A stretch of 63,666 bases of DNA. Origin: a virus. Lineage: Duplodnaviria > Caudoviricetes. Made by a program: the position numbers and the translations under genes. This document shows, in pieces, positions 6,581 to 16,455 of the stretch (positions are counted from its first letter, which is position 1; each line of letters begins with the position of its first letter). The notes beneath the pieces are model-generated. The model made no database searches. It was not told the DNA's origin and saw only the letters and a list, made by a program, of their open reading frames with translations. The DNA lies in the IMG/VR virus record IMGVR_UViG_3300021438_000015, positions 1 to 63,666 of that record; one strand, 5' to 3'.

Positions 6581-6706
6581 TCAACCGTTCATGAACCGAA
6601 TAGCATCTTGGGAAGTCTTGAACGTTCCCATCAACCTACGCTTACCGTTTTCCATTTCGCGGTAAACCTTATACTTATTCCCGATCATGATCAGAACCAG
6701 ATTCAT
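6581..6706 (-). CDS. 41-aa basic hypothetical protein
   Basis: MNLVLIMIGNKYKVYREMENGKRRLMGTFKTSQDAIRFMNG; follows promoter and purine-rich leader. Confidence 0.65.
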   Translation of the reverse strand: MNLVLIMIGNKYKVYREMENGKRRLMGTFKTSQDAIRFMNG

Positions 6707-6730
6707 AACTTTCTCTCTTTCTTTCCCTGT

Positions 6731-6759
6731 ATTATACTTATCGGCTTTTATCGTGTCAA
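6731..6759 (-). promoter_or_regulatory. sigma70-type promoter with GCCGATA box
   Basis: Perfect TTGACA-N17-TATAAT with GCCGATAAG in spacer. Confidence 0.85.
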
Positions 6760-6778
6760 GCCCCTAGGAAATATTTTT

Positions 6779-7000
6779 TCAACGAATCGTAATCAGTCCG
6801 TTGAAGTGTGAGAAGGTAAGGGTAAGAGTCTGAGAAGGATACTTCTCGTTGATATACTTCTGTGCAGTACTCTTACGGTTATCCGTAGCAGCGACACACT
6901 GTACAACTGTACCATTCTTATCCGTAACCTTCCACACCTTTTTCTGTACGATACGGGGAAGGCTACCAATGAAATCGTTGATATGAGTTGTCTTTTCCAT
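6779..7000 (-). CDS. hypothetical protein (first gene of leftward region)
   Basis: 73-aa ORF after promoter and AG-rich leader. Confidence 0.75.
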   Translation of the reverse strand: MEKTTHINDFIGSLPRIVQKKVWKVTDKNGTVVQCVAATDNRKSTAQKYINEKYPSQTLTLTFSHFNGLITIR

Positions 7001-7030
7001 TTTCTTTCTCTCTTTCTTTCTTATGCTCTT

Positions 7031-7058
7031 ATTATACCATACTTATCGGCTATGTCAA
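7031..7058 (-). promoter_or_regulatory. sigma70-type promoter with GCCGATA box
   Basis: TTGACA-N16-TATAAT with GCCGATAAG. Confidence 0.85.
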
Positions 7059-7118
7059 GGGGCAATCTCAAATATTTTTAAATATAATCTTGTGCCAAAG
7101 CAAGAAATATTCTCTAGA

Positions 7119-7133
7119 GCAAATGCTGTGCCA
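7119..7133 (-). promoter_or_regulatory. sigma54 (-24/-12) box
   Basis: TGGCACAGCATTTGC exact consensus. Confidence 0.6.
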
Positions 7134-7182
7134 AATATATTATTCTCTTAAACAGAAGATCGACACGATCATATCATTAGTC

Positions 7183-7263
7183 GTAAGTCTATACCCTATA
7201 AGGGTTTACGTCAAAAATTTCGGGGCGTATGCGTCGTAAACCTATACCCCACAAGCACTTACG
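7183..7263. repeat. paired 27-bp palindromes
   Basis: GTAA-N4-AT-N7-AA-N4-TTAC at 7183 and 7236 (53 bp apart). Confidence 0.8.
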
Positions 7264-7466
7264 TTGACTAGATGGTTGACACGATCTACTCTTTAGTAAG
7301 ATGGGGGATATAGGGGGGTTTTATCTTATAAGTATTTTAGGCAATATACGTCGAAAAAGTCGAGGGTGGTCCATCCACAATTTAGAATGTATAAACATAT
7401 GTATTACCCGATCCACCCGCATCGCCCCTGCTTGAATCATTGAATCTGTTAATTTATCAATATGGT

Positions 7467-7476
7467 GTGTATAATA
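7467..7476 (+). promoter_or_regulatory. putative late promoter
   Basis: GTGTATAATA before first rightward gene; no -35 seen. Confidence 0.65.
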
Positions 7477-7494
7477 CCATATAGGAGACATTTT

Positions 7495-7668
7495 ATGAAA
7501 AAGAAACAAACAATTGAAACGCAATTGGATTGTCGCGCTACGGCATCTTTGCAGGAACAAATAAACTCTGATTTACTTCATGAGGATAAATTACTAGCCT
7601 CGTTACTTAGCGACAAAGATACCGTTATAAACGAGGAACAGGATGACGAAACCAAGTCAAGCGATTGA
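7495..7668 (+). CDS. hypothetical protein
   Basis: MKKKQTIETQ...; RBS AGGAG. Confidence 0.65.
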   Translation: MKKKQTIETQLDCRATASLQEQINSDLLHEDKLLASLLSDKDTVINEEQDDETKSSD

Positions 7669-8422
7669 ATTAGTAGCTAATGTAGATGATAGTAACGACC
7701 TACTATTATGCGGCATTGATGGTATACAACACGCTAACTACGATTATTCAGCGGCCCATTATTATGGAACTATAAGTTCTGATAATAGTGTTAGTAACGT
7801 ATTTGGTCTTGGTGAAAATAATAAATTCTTCTATATCTTGATGTCCTTTCGTGACAATCAAATAGTTAGATACGAAGCTGGTACTGGTTATGGGTATGAA
7901 AAAGATGGTAAGCACTACTTTAATAGATACTTACCAATGTATGAGGGCAAGAACCCCCAACATCAACAACTAGTTAAAAAAAATAAAGAAAAATATATTT
8001 GTCTTGATGATGCTGTTAATGTTTTAGTTTCATCTTTCCCCCCCGACTATTCATTAATGTTTTACGATAAGAATTGCGTCTTATCTTCTTTTGATAAATC
8101 GGTTCCCCATGCGATACAAGTACTTGAAAATTCTTTCTTAGCTCGCGTTGACGTTAACGATATTTCCAACGTGTCTTTCGATAGTAAGGTTTTTAGTGAT
8201 ATTATAGCTGAAGCTTTAACGAAGTACACTAAACAGCTATCGCTTAAAGCTTCAAAACTTAGCGTTGGCAAATTGTCTGCAAAGCATTTTCAATTAGAGC
8301 CATCTAGTGATCTTAACGTTAAAAAGGGTACTTTTATATACGATGAAACAACGGATACTGTTAAGTTTTATAACGGAGAAAAATGGAGAACGTTAAAGTG
8401 GGTAGACGAAGAATCGGAATGA
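7643..8422 (+). CDS. hypothetical protein, possibly virion-associated
   Basis: 259 aa; C-terminal KGTFIYDETTDTVKFYNGEKW resembles fibre-type beta motifs. Confidence 0.75.
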   Translation: MTKPSQAIELVANVDDSNDLLLCGIDGIQHANYDYSAAHYYGTISSDNSVSNVFGLGENNKFFYILMSFRDNQIVRYEAGTGYGYEKDGKHYFNRYLPMYEGKNPQHQQLVKKNKEKYICLDDAVNVLVSSFPPDYSLMFYDKNCVLSSFDKSVPHAIQVLENSFLARVDVNDISNVSFDSKVFSDIIAEALTKYTKQLSLKASKLSVGKLSAKHFQLEPSSDLNVKKGTFIYDETTDTVKFYNGEKWRTLKWVDEESE

Positions 8423-8907
8423 AAATACCTAAAAATATGACGGAAGCACAAGTTGTGGATCAGATTAACATTGTCGTTAATAGGATATCGGCCCGTTATA
8501 CTTTTCATGGTTACGAAGTTGATGATATAAAACAAGAAGCTTTTATAATTTGTATGGATGCTATGGATCGCTATGATCCAAGTCGCCCCTTGGAGAATTT
8601 CCTGTCTGTTCACTTATCTAATCGCCTTAAAAACTTTGTTCGTGATAACTTTTATACTAAAGATGAAGAAGAAAAAAAGAAAGTTTTAAAACCTAGTAGT
8701 TTATCTTATGAAGACTTTACTCCCAGTACAGAATACAACAATGATAATAAGATAGATGCTAAAAATCTACAAGAGATTGTTGATCGCAAGTTACCTTCAG
8801 AGTTCCGCGCAGATTATCTAAAAATAATTAATAATGTATACGTACCGAAAAAAAGAAGAGAAGAAATCATTGCGATAATCAAGGAGTTACTAGATGAAGA
8901 AGGGTAG
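8419..8907 (+). CDS. phage sigma-70-family (region 2) transcription factor, probable late sigma
   Basis: YEVDDIKQEAFIICMDAMDRYDPSRPLENFLSVHLSNRLKNFVRD matches the sigma region 2 pattern; short, with truncated region 4. Confidence 0.75.
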   Translation: MKIPKNMTEAQVVDQINIVVNRISARYTFHGYEVDDIKQEAFIICMDAMDRYDPSRPLENFLSVHLSNRLKNFVRDNFYTKDEEEKKKVLKPSSLSYEDFTPSTEYNNDNKIDAKNLQEIVDRKLPSEFRADYLKIINNVYVPKKRREEIIAIIKELLDEEG

Positions 8908-9679
8908 AATTTCTAAAGAAGAAGAACGCATAATTGGCAGATTGATCGACCATGTTACGGTAGAAGATATCGCCAAGCAACTTGACCGCGATGTTGAGTC
9001 TGTTGATAACTTTGTTAAGCGTAAATTCAAGGTCGGACTATCAAACGAAGAAGCCGCCGCTTATTCACTAGAAGATCGCCCTTATTGGATTGAACTAGAG
9101 AACCAGTTTACTCCTTCAGAACTAGATCTATTTAAGTATCATTGGTCCCGTATTATTTCTCAGTTTAAAGATGACGTTTTTCCAACAGAAGAACTACAGG
9201 TGGTAGACGTTATTAAACTAGAAATACTCATGAACCGCTGCTTAAAGAGCAACAAGGACAATCTTAATGAAATGACCGTTTTGGAGAAACTCCTTAATGA
9301 CGAACGGGCCGTTGATAAGGATCAGCGTGATCATGATTATGTTTTAAATCTAGAGCGTCAGTTAGCATCCCTTCGGGCTTCTCAAGAAGCTCTTAACCGG
9401 GATTACCGCGAGCTTCAAAGTAAAAAGGCCAGCATGTTGCGTGAAATGAAGGGAACTAGAGAGCAAAGAATCAAGCGACTTGAGGATAGTAAGCAAAGCT
9501 TTACCTCTTGGGTTGCTAATCTTATGCAAGACCCAGAAACGCTAAAACGATATGGGATTGAAATGGAAAAGATGAGACTAGCTATGCTTAAGGAGAAGGA
9601 GCGATTAAGTGCTTTTCATCAATATGAGGACGGTCAGATTGATCAACCGTTCTTAACGCCAGATACGGTGCTAGACTAA
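8894..9679 (+). CDS. HTH + coiled-coil protein, candidate terminase small subunit
   Basis: N-terminal VEDIAKQLDRDVESV HTH, long coiled coil, upstream of TerL. Confidence 0.45.
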   Translation: MKKGRISKEEERIIGRLIDHVTVEDIAKQLDRDVESVDNFVKRKFKVGLSNEEAAAYSLEDRPYWIELENQFTPSELDLFKYHWSRIISQFKDDVFPTEELQVVDVIKLEILMNRCLKSNKDNLNEMTVLEKLLNDERAVDKDQRDHDYVLNLERQLASLRASQEALNRDYRELQSKKASMLREMKGTREQRIKRLEDSKQSFTSWVANLMQDPETLKRYGIEMEKMRLAMLKEKERLSAFHQYEDGQIDQPFLTPDTVLD

Positions 9680-10251
9680 TGAATAGATTAGATGTAATAC
9701 AGTCTTTAATTAATAAATGCAATGGAACCAAATATCTAGAAATAGGTATAAAAGACGGAGATGTTATAAATAACATACAGTGCCAATACAAAATAGGTGT
9801 TGATCCAGATCCTTCCACACCGGCCACCTTTCATCTTACTTCTGATGACTTTTTTGATTATTATAACAAAGAAAATTTTGATGTAATATTTATAGATGGC
9901 TTACATCATTATCGTCAAGTTTTGAGAGATATAAAAAACTCACTTAGTATACTAAACCCAAATGGTTACATAGTCTGTCACGATCTTAATCCTACAGATG
10001 AATATTTACAAATCGTGCCTAGACAGTATGAAGATTGGATGGGAGACTGCTGGAAAGCTTGGGTAATTTTAAGATCTAGTATGCCAAATCTTACTATGAA
10101 AGTTTTAGATGTTGATTGTGGTTGTGGAGTTATAAAATTTGGTTCTCAGGAGTTGATTCCCCTAGATGAAGATCTAAGTTGGGAAAATCTTGTAAAGTAC
10201 AGGAATTCTTGGCTCAATCTTTTTCCACCGGAGGAGATCAACTCATTATGA
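9679..10251 (+). CDS. class I SAM-dependent methyltransferase (Methyltransf_24-like)
   Basis: YLEIG, FDVIFIDGLH, LNPNGYIVCHD motifs. Confidence 0.85.
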   Translation: MNRLDVIQSLINKCNGTKYLEIGIKDGDVINNIQCQYKIGVDPDPSTPATFHLTSDDFFDYYNKENFDVIFIDGLHHYRQVLRDIKNSLSILNPNGYIVCHDLNPTDEYLQIVPRQYEDWMGDCWKAWVILRSSMPNLTMKVLDVDCGCGVIKFGSQELIPLDEDLSWENLVKYRNSWLNLFPPEEINSL

Positions 10252-11138
10252 AGATAGTTAAAGCAACATACGGCGGCATTGACGTATCTGAAAAATTAAT
10301 AAATCAAATAAAAAATGATAAGATACTTATACGTGTTGGTAATGATATATTTGGTGATACCAAAGTCGGCGTTTTAAAAGATTTAGAAGTTGAATTTTAT
10401 CACGATGGAGTTTTACATACTAAAACTGTTCAAGAAAATAAATATTTTATTTTTCCAGAAACATCTACCGACAAGCTAGGCATATTTTATTCAGATAATA
10501 TTGATAATAATATAAGACCTTGTATCTTGGCATCATTGAACTCTATAAATAAGTCTTCATCTGGCAAAGCCGATATAATAACAAACATGTGGAGAAAAGA
10601 ACCAGAAAATCCATTTTTAGAAATTATATCAACGGCACAGTCTAGATCTCATCTAAATCAAGTTCTTCAAATATTGCAATTATTATTTGTTTCTCAACAG
10701 ATAAAACCATATAAATATGTTAGTTTTCTAGAACATGATGTTCTGTATGCTGAAAATTATTTTGATTATGAAGATTTTGATGAAGACTATATAATAAATA
10801 CGAACTATATCGGAATGAAAGAACAGGGGTTTCAATCTATTAGACAGAACGACAAACCCACTAGTCAAATAACTATGAAGTTTGATTTTGCACTAAATCA
10901 TTTTTTAAAGATACTTCCAAATGCTTTGATGCACAATCACGGTTCTTTAGAGCCTCACTGGTCTAATAGTATTAAGTTTACTTTTAAATCATATGCGTCA
11001 AAAAATCCAAATATTCATGTGAATCACGGTAGACATTTTACTTCTCATTTTGATTGCTTTTATCACGATTATCAACAAACTAACCCATACTGGGGTAATA
11101 TTGAAAAGTACCAGTATTTATTTTTTAGGGGAAAATAA
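10248..11138 (+). CDS. putative glycosyltransferase-like protein with N-terminal lectin-like domain
   Basis: KIVKATYG...IFGD..VGVLKDL N-terminal module; YVSFLEHDVLY DXD-like motif; late HVNHGRH. Confidence 0.5.
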   Translation: MKIVKATYGGIDVSEKLINQIKNDKILIRVGNDIFGDTKVGVLKDLEVEFYHDGVLHTKTVQENKYFIFPETSTDKLGIFYSDNIDNNIRPCILASLNSINKSSSGKADIITNMWRKEPENPFLEIISTAQSRSHLNQVLQILQLLFVSQQIKPYKYVSFLEHDVLYAENYFDYEDFDEDYIINTNYIGMKEQGFQSIRQNDKPTSQITMKFDFALNHFLKILPNALMHNHGSLEPHWSNSIKFTFKSYASKNPNIHVNHGRHFTSHFDCFYHDYQQTNPYWGNIEKYQYLFFRGK

Positions 11139-11791
11139 TGAAAAAGTATAAATATAATATTGATCAATTTAATTTAATTAATATAGTTAAAAATGCATTT
11201 AATGTAGAGTCATTGAGTAATATACATTCTATTCTAGAGACAGATCTAGGAATACCAACGGATCCTAGTCAAGATCAAACTACTATCTTTCATAAAATAT
11301 TTTATAGATTGTATGAGCAAGATAACTCAGAGTTCTTAAATATTTATGACAGCTTTGTAGAATATCTAGTAAAAGAGCATTTTGATGGTCAAAATATGGT
11401 CTATCAATCTAGACCAACATTTAGGGTACAGATTCCAAACAATATAGCTGTTGCTAAGTGGCATAAAGATAAGGCATATAATCATTCGTGCAAAGAAATC
11501 AATATATATCTTCCACTAACAAATGCTTTTGATTCTAATACTATCTGGGCAGAAAGCGAAGAAGACAAGGGCGACTATTCTCCGATGAATGCTGAAGCTG
11601 GAGAGTATTATATATGGGACGGGGCTAATTTGAATCATGGTAACAAAGAAAACAAAACCGGTGTTAGTCGAGTTAGTTTAGATTTTAGATTAATTCATAA
11701 AGAAGATTTTGATTATGCTGGAACTAGTGTAACAACTAAAGTTCCCATGAAATTAGGACACTATTGGAAAGAATATAAGGAAAAAGCATGA
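11138..11791 (+). CDS. StrG-like 2OG-Fe(II) oxygenase
   Basis: YQSRPTFRV, WHKD (HxD), LNHGN...RVSLDFR jelly-roll motifs. Confidence 0.75.
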   Translation: MKKYKYNIDQFNLINIVKNAFNVESLSNIHSILETDLGIPTDPSQDQTTIFHKIFYRLYEQDNSEFLNIYDSFVEYLVKEHFDGQNMVYQSRPTFRVQIPNNIAVAKWHKDKAYNHSCKEINIYLPLTNAFDSNTIWAESEEDKGDYSPMNAEAGEYYIWDGANLNHGNKENKTGVSRVSLDFRLIHKEDFDYAGTSVTTKVPMKLGHYWKEYKEKA

Positions 11792-12876
11792 AAGCTATTA
11801 TTTTTGGAATAACTGGGCAAGATGGTAGCCATTTAGCGGATCTTCTTTTGGAAAAAGGATATGAAGTAATCGGGGTGACTCGACGTTCTAGCGTAGACAA
11901 CACCAAAAGAATAAAGCATATATTGAACCATTCTAGGTTCCATCTAGTCGAGGGGGACATAACAGATTCTAGCAGCGTTCTGAATATTTTTAGAAATAAC
12001 GAACATGTAGATGAAGTCTACAACCTCGCCGCTCAGTCTCACGTTGGAACATCCTTCACTCAGCCTTCCCTGACTTGGGATATAACGGGCAAGGGGTGCC
12101 TTAATATATTGCAGACTATGGTAGATTTAGAGATGCTTGGGAGTAGATTTTACCAAGCCTCCTCTAGTGAAATGTTTGGTAGAGCTTACGATATTGACAG
12201 AGATGGTACAAAATATCAAGATGAAAATACTAGATTTTTACCTCAATCCCCATACGCCGTTGCCAAGTGCGCCTCACATTATGCTGTTGGTTTGTATCGT
12301 CAAGCGTATGGAATTCATGGTAGCTGTGGAATACTTTTCAATCATGAAGGCCCAAGGCGTGGAGATAACTTTGTTACTAAAAAAGTGATAAATTGGGTAG
12401 TATCTTTTGTAGAATGGTTACAAGATACTAATATTATAAGCTCTGAATACATTCAATCATCAGATAATCAAATTATATATAATGATGTGACTTTCCCAAA
12501 ACTGATGCTAGGCAATTTGGATGCTTATAGAGATTGGGGATATGCTGGTGATTATGTTGAGGCAATGTGGTTAATGTTACAGCAAGACGAACCAGATGAC
12601 TATGTTATATGTACAGAGAATACATACTCTATTCGTGATTTATTAGATGCTTCTTTTGGCTATTTCGGAATTTACGATTGGAGTAATTATGTTGGAATAG
12701 ATCCTCAGTTCTATAGACCAGCAGAAGTAGATTATTTAAGAGGCAGATCTACTAAAGCAAGAGCCAAATTGGGATGGACACCAAAATACGACTTAAATGG
12801 TCTTATTAAGCTCATGATAGAAGATAAAATAAATGAAAACTTACAGAATAATGCTAGACATATCAAATGTGTTTAG
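11788..12876 (+). CDS. gmd: GDP-mannose 4,6-dehydratase
   Basis: GITGQDGSHLA, YNLAAQSHV, YQASSSEMFG, PQSPYAVAK, RDWGYAGDYV, FYRPAEVDYL. Confidence 0.97.
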   Translation: MKAIIFGITGQDGSHLADLLLEKGYEVIGVTRRSSVDNTKRIKHILNHSRFHLVEGDITDSSSVLNIFRNNEHVDEVYNLAAQSHVGTSFTQPSLTWDITGKGCLNILQTMVDLEMLGSRFYQASSSEMFGRAYDIDRDGTKYQDENTRFLPQSPYAVAKCASHYAVGLYRQAYGIHGSCGILFNHEGPRRGDNFVTKKVINWVVSFVEWLQDTNIISSEYIQSSDNQIIYNDVTFPKLMLGNLDAYRDWGYAGDYVEAMWLMLQQDEPDDYVICTENTYSIRDLLDASFGYFGIYDWSNYVGIDPQFYRPAEVDYLRGRSTKARAKLGWTPKYDLNGLIKLMIEDKINENLQNNARHIKCV

Positions 12877-13081
12877 TAGAATAAAACATTTATTTCTTAA
12901 ATCATATAATAGTCCATTTCCCACTATATTTATTAATGCGGATGATCCAGATGACGCCTGTTTTGAGGTAGTCAATGATCTTATTAAGATTATTATGAGC
13001 CAAAACCCGTCAATAGAGATGAGAATAGTTTGTCGAGAAATCAGAAGAAAGTCTAGAATAGATAAAATTTATTTATTATGA
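12833..13081 (+). CDS. hypothetical protein
   Basis: 82-aa ORF coupled to neighbours. Confidence 0.65.
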   Translation: MKTYRIMLDISNVFSRIKHLFLKSYNSPFPTIFINADDPDDACFEVVNDLIKIIMSQNPSIEMRIVCREIRRKSRIDKIYLL

Positions 13082-13338
13082 AAAGAAATTATGATGATCC
13101 AGCATATTCAGATTTCAGAAAGGCTGTTCTTAAAAGGGATAAAAAAAGGTGTATGATGCCGGGGTGTGGTAAAAAGATCTCTTTACAAGTACACCACATT
13201 AAAAAATGGTCTAGAGCAAGTTCATTAAGATATGAAGTTTCAAATGGTATAACATTATGTAGGAAGTGTCATGATTCTATAAAGGGCTATGAACACCAAT
13301 ACGAAAACTTATTTAGGACTATAGTAGATGACATATAA
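13078..13338 (+). CDS. small HNH endonuclease (packaging-associated type)
   Basis: VLKRDKKRC..PGC...LQVHHI...NGITLCRKCH. Confidence 0.88.
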   Translation: MKRNYDDPAYSDFRKAVLKRDKKRCMMPGCGKKISLQVHHIKKWSRASSLRYEVSNGITLCRKCHDSIKGYEHQYENLFRTIVDDI

Positions 13339-13828
13339 AGTAGCACCGCCATTTACAGTGATAAAAGACACTAGAGAACAGGATGGTTATTTCTTTAGTG
13401 AGTTTAATACTTGCGCCGGAATGGTAGAAGAAAAGCTTGATACAGGAGATTATTCCATAAAAGGAATGGAAGACAAAATATGTATAGAGCGAAAAGGGTG
13501 CGTAGAAGAGTTGGCTGTTAATTTAGGACAAAAGAAACATGCTTTTCTAGCTGAAATAGAAAGAATGACTCCGTTTCCCCATAAATTTATTGTTTTAGAA
13601 TTCTCATTAGAAGATCTAATAAAATTTCCAGATGAAACAAGAATACCAGTTAAGAACAAAGCTTCTTTAAAAATTACTGGTAAATATATGTTAAAATGTC
13701 TATTTGAATTTCAACTTTATAATAATGTACAAATATTATTTTGTGGTAATAAATATAATGCTTTCCTTGCAGTTAGTAGTATCTTAAAAAGAGTAAATGA
13801 AATGTATACAATAGGGAGGAAAAAATGA
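13328..13828 (+). CDS. ERCC4/XPF-family nuclease
   Basis: DTREQ, LDTGDYS, CIERK motifs. Confidence 0.85.
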   Translation: MTYKVAPPFTVIKDTREQDGYFFSEFNTCAGMVEEKLDTGDYSIKGMEDKICIERKGCVEELAVNLGQKKHAFLAEIERMTPFPHKFIVLEFSLEDLIKFPDETRIPVKNKASLKITGKYMLKCLFEFQLYNNVQILFCGNKYNAFLAVSSILKRVNEMYTIGRKK

Positions 13829-14469
13829 TGGCTGAACCAGAACTATTGAAAGATTTTCATGACTACGGAGCTAATATTGCCACAAGGGAAATATTTCTTC
13901 ATAATCATTATCATGCTGAAGATAATCAGAATCCCGGTGTAGAGTATAGAATGTCTAATACCTTTATTAAAAACTTAAGGGCATTAGATATGAGGAGCAA
14001 TGCTAACATTACGATACATTGCCACAGCATAGGCGGTGAGTGGACAGATGGTATGGCTATTTATGATGCCATACAAATGTGTAGGTCATATGTTACAATC
14101 ATTATTTATGGTCAGGCTGAGTCAATGAGCAGTATTTTTATGCAAGCGGCTGATTATCGATATATGACACCAAATTCTCATTTTATGTCTCATTACGGCT
14201 CTAGTGATATAAATACTGATTATCTTAGTGCTATGAATCAAGCCGATTACGAAAGAAGAACTGCTGACACTATGTTTAATATTTATGCTGGAAGGTGTGT
14301 AGAAGGAAAATTCTTTTACGAAAAATTTGGTAAGAAACCAAGCGTTAAACAGGTTCGTCAATACCTAATTAGGAAACTAAAATCTGGAGATTGGTATCTT
14401 AGCGCAGAAGAAGCTGTGTATTATGGTTTTGCTGATTCTATACTACGAAACTGGCATTTCACAGAATGA
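13825..14469 (+). CDS. clpP: ClpP-like serine protease
   Basis: HSIGGEWTDGMAIYDAI, GQAESMSS (catalytic Ser), FMSH, DWYLSAEEAVYYGFAD. Confidence 0.85.
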   Translation: MMAEPELLKDFHDYGANIATREIFLHNHYHAEDNQNPGVEYRMSNTFIKNLRALDMRSNANITIHCHSIGGEWTDGMAIYDAIQMCRSYVTIIIYGQAESMSSIFMQAADYRYMTPNSHFMSHYGSSDINTDYLSAMNQADYERRTADTMFNIYAGRCVEGKFFYEKFGKKPSVKQVRQYLIRKLKSGDWYLSAEEAVYYGFADSILRNWHFTE

Positions 14470-16454
14470 AAAAAGATAATCTTAAAGTAATAGATGAAGC
14501 TTGGTTAGGGTTAGATGTCGTAGAAACCGACATTTTTAATCCTATGTCTATTCTTAATCCATCAGACGATGACTTTCATCTCAAACTATCTTGGCTAATG
14601 AGCAGGCCAGATTATCTACCGTTTTTGTGTCATCAAATATTGAATATACAACTTCTTCCATCTCAGTCATTAATTATCAATGAGCTTTGGAATAGAAAGT
14701 TCCCAATGCTTGTTGGTAGTCGAGGTCTTGGTAAATCGTTTAAGTTAGCACTTTACTCTATACTTCGTGGTATGTTATTACCAAAAAGAAAAATTGTGAT
14801 TGTTGGTGCAGCATTTAGACAATCAAAAGTTTTATTTGAATATATGGAAACTATATGGCGTAATGCTCCGATGTTAAGAGATATGTGTGATAGTAATAGT
14901 GGGCCAACTAGAGATGTTGATAGATGTACTATGAGGATTAATGAAAGTGTTATTACATGCTTACCTCTTGGTGATGGTCAAAAGATTAGAGGTCAACGTG
15001 CTAATGATATTATTGCGGACGAATTTGCGTCCATACCTAGAGATATTTTTGAAAACGTAGTTGCTGGCTTCGCCGCTGTTAGTGCTGATCCAGTGCAAAA
15101 TGTTAAGAGAATGTCTGCACGAAAGAAGGCCGCAGAGCTTGGTATAGAGATTGAAACGGAAGAAGAAAATCCAGAAATAAAAGATAATCAAATTATCATT
15201 TCCGGTACAGCTTATTATGATTTTAACCATTTTGCAACATATTGGAAGAAGTGGAAAGCTATTATTAAAAGTCAAGGTAATATGGCAAAGCTCACTGAAG
15301 TATTTAATGGAGAAAGACCACCAGATACATTCGATTGGCGTCAATATTCTATAATTAGAATGCCTTATGAGCTTTTACCAGCTGGATTTATGGATGCCGA
15401 CCAAGTAGCACGATCAAAGGCGACCGTACACGCTGGTATATATCAGATGGAATATGGTGCCTGTTTCACAAGAGATAGTCAAGGATTCTTCAAAAGATCT
15501 TTAATAGAATCTTGCGTCGTTGGCAATAATGACAATCCTGTTTTAGATTCTAAAGGCGACATTATAAAGTTTGAAGCATGTCTTATTGGTGATACTAATA
15601 AAAGATATGTTTTTGGCGTTGACCCTGCATCTGAAGTAGACAATTTTAGTATTGCTATAATAGAGATTCATGGAGATCATAGAAGAATAGTACACTGCTG
15701 GACAACTACAAGGCAAGAACATAAAGAGAAAGTAAAAAAGGGGTATGCCAAAGAATCAGATTTTTATGCATATTGTGCAAGAAAAATTAGAGATTTAATG
15801 AGACTGTTTCCTTGCATTCATATTGCAATGGATGCCCAAGGTGGAGGCGTAGCGGTAATGGAATCGCTTCACGATAAAGACAAGCTCAAAGATGATGAAA
15901 TGCCTATATGGCCTATTATTGACGATGATAAACCCAAAGATACAGACGGAGAAAGAGGTTTGCATATATTAGAAATGTGTCAATTTGCAAGATATGATTG
16001 GTTGGCAGAAGCTAATCATGGAATGAGAAAAGATTTTGAAGATAAAGTTTTGTTATTTCCATTTTTTGACTCTATAACACTTGGATTGTCTAACTCTGAA
16101 GATGGTTTAAAAAATAGAATGTTTGATACTTTAGAAGAATGTGTTATGGACATAGAAGAATTAAAAGACGAATTATCTATGATTCAGATGACTCAAACAT
16201 CTAATGGTAGAGATAGATGGGATACCCCAGAGGTAATAGTAGGAACTGGGAAAAAGAGTAAAATGAGAAAAGATAGATACTCTGCTCTTTTGATGGCAAA
16301 CATGGCTGGAAGAATAATACAACGCACACCAACTCCAGAAACATATCAGTTTTATGGCGGATTTGCTACTGGTGGTCACATCCCAGCAAAAGAAGATGAG
16401 AAGCTATATATTGGCCCCAGCTGGTTCTCTGATAACATGAAAGATGTGTATTAA
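14466..16454 (+). CDS. terL: terminase large subunit
   Basis: Walker A GSRGLGKS, IRGQRA, Walker B IIADE, ISGTA, nuclease FGVDPA and KDRYSA. Confidence 0.93.
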   Translation: MKKDNLKVIDEAWLGLDVVETDIFNPMSILNPSDDDFHLKLSWLMSRPDYLPFLCHQILNIQLLPSQSLIINELWNRKFPMLVGSRGLGKSFKLALYSILRGMLLPKRKIVIVGAAFRQSKVLFEYMETIWRNAPMLRDMCDSNSGPTRDVDRCTMRINESVITCLPLGDGQKIRGQRANDIIADEFASIPRDIFENVVAGFAAVSADPVQNVKRMSARKKAAELGIEIETEEENPEIKDNQIIISGTAYYDFNHFATYWKKWKAIIKSQGNMAKLTEVFNGERPPDTFDWRQYSIIRMPYELLPAGFMDADQVARSKATVHAGIYQMEYGACFTRDSQGFFKRSLIESCVVGNNDNPVLDSKGDIIKFEACLIGDTNKRYVFGVDPASEVDNFSIAIIEIHGDHRRIVHCWTTTRQEHKEKVKKGYAKESDFYAYCARKIRDLMRLFPCIHIAMDAQGGGVAVMESLHDKDKLKDDEMPIWPIIDDDKPKDTDGERGLHILEMCQFARYDWLAEANHGMRKDFEDKVLLFPFFDSITLGLSNSEDGLKNRMFDTLEECVMDIEELKDELSMIQMTQTSNGRDRWDTPEVIVGTGKKSKMRKDRYSALLMANMAGRIIQRTPTPETYQFYGGFATGGHIPAKEDEKLYIGPSWFSDNMKDVY

Positions 16455-16455
16455 A
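16446..16455 (+). promoter_or_regulatory. possible late promoter variant
   Basis: GTGTATTAAA upstream of portal. Confidence 0.4.

Noticed and set aside
7083-7097. Additional sigma54 box TGGCACAAGATTATA
   Set aside because: Has the -24 element but no -12 TTGC; at most a half site
2438-7560. Numerous plus-strand ORFs in the early region, and minus ORF 7321-7560
   Set aside because: Antisense to genes with RBS and promoters, or spanning regulatory repeats; no protein-like features
14466-16454. Intein or intron in terminase, portal or capsid genes
   Set aside because: ORFs are continuous, of plausible size, and lack splice-junction or LAGLIDADG motifs
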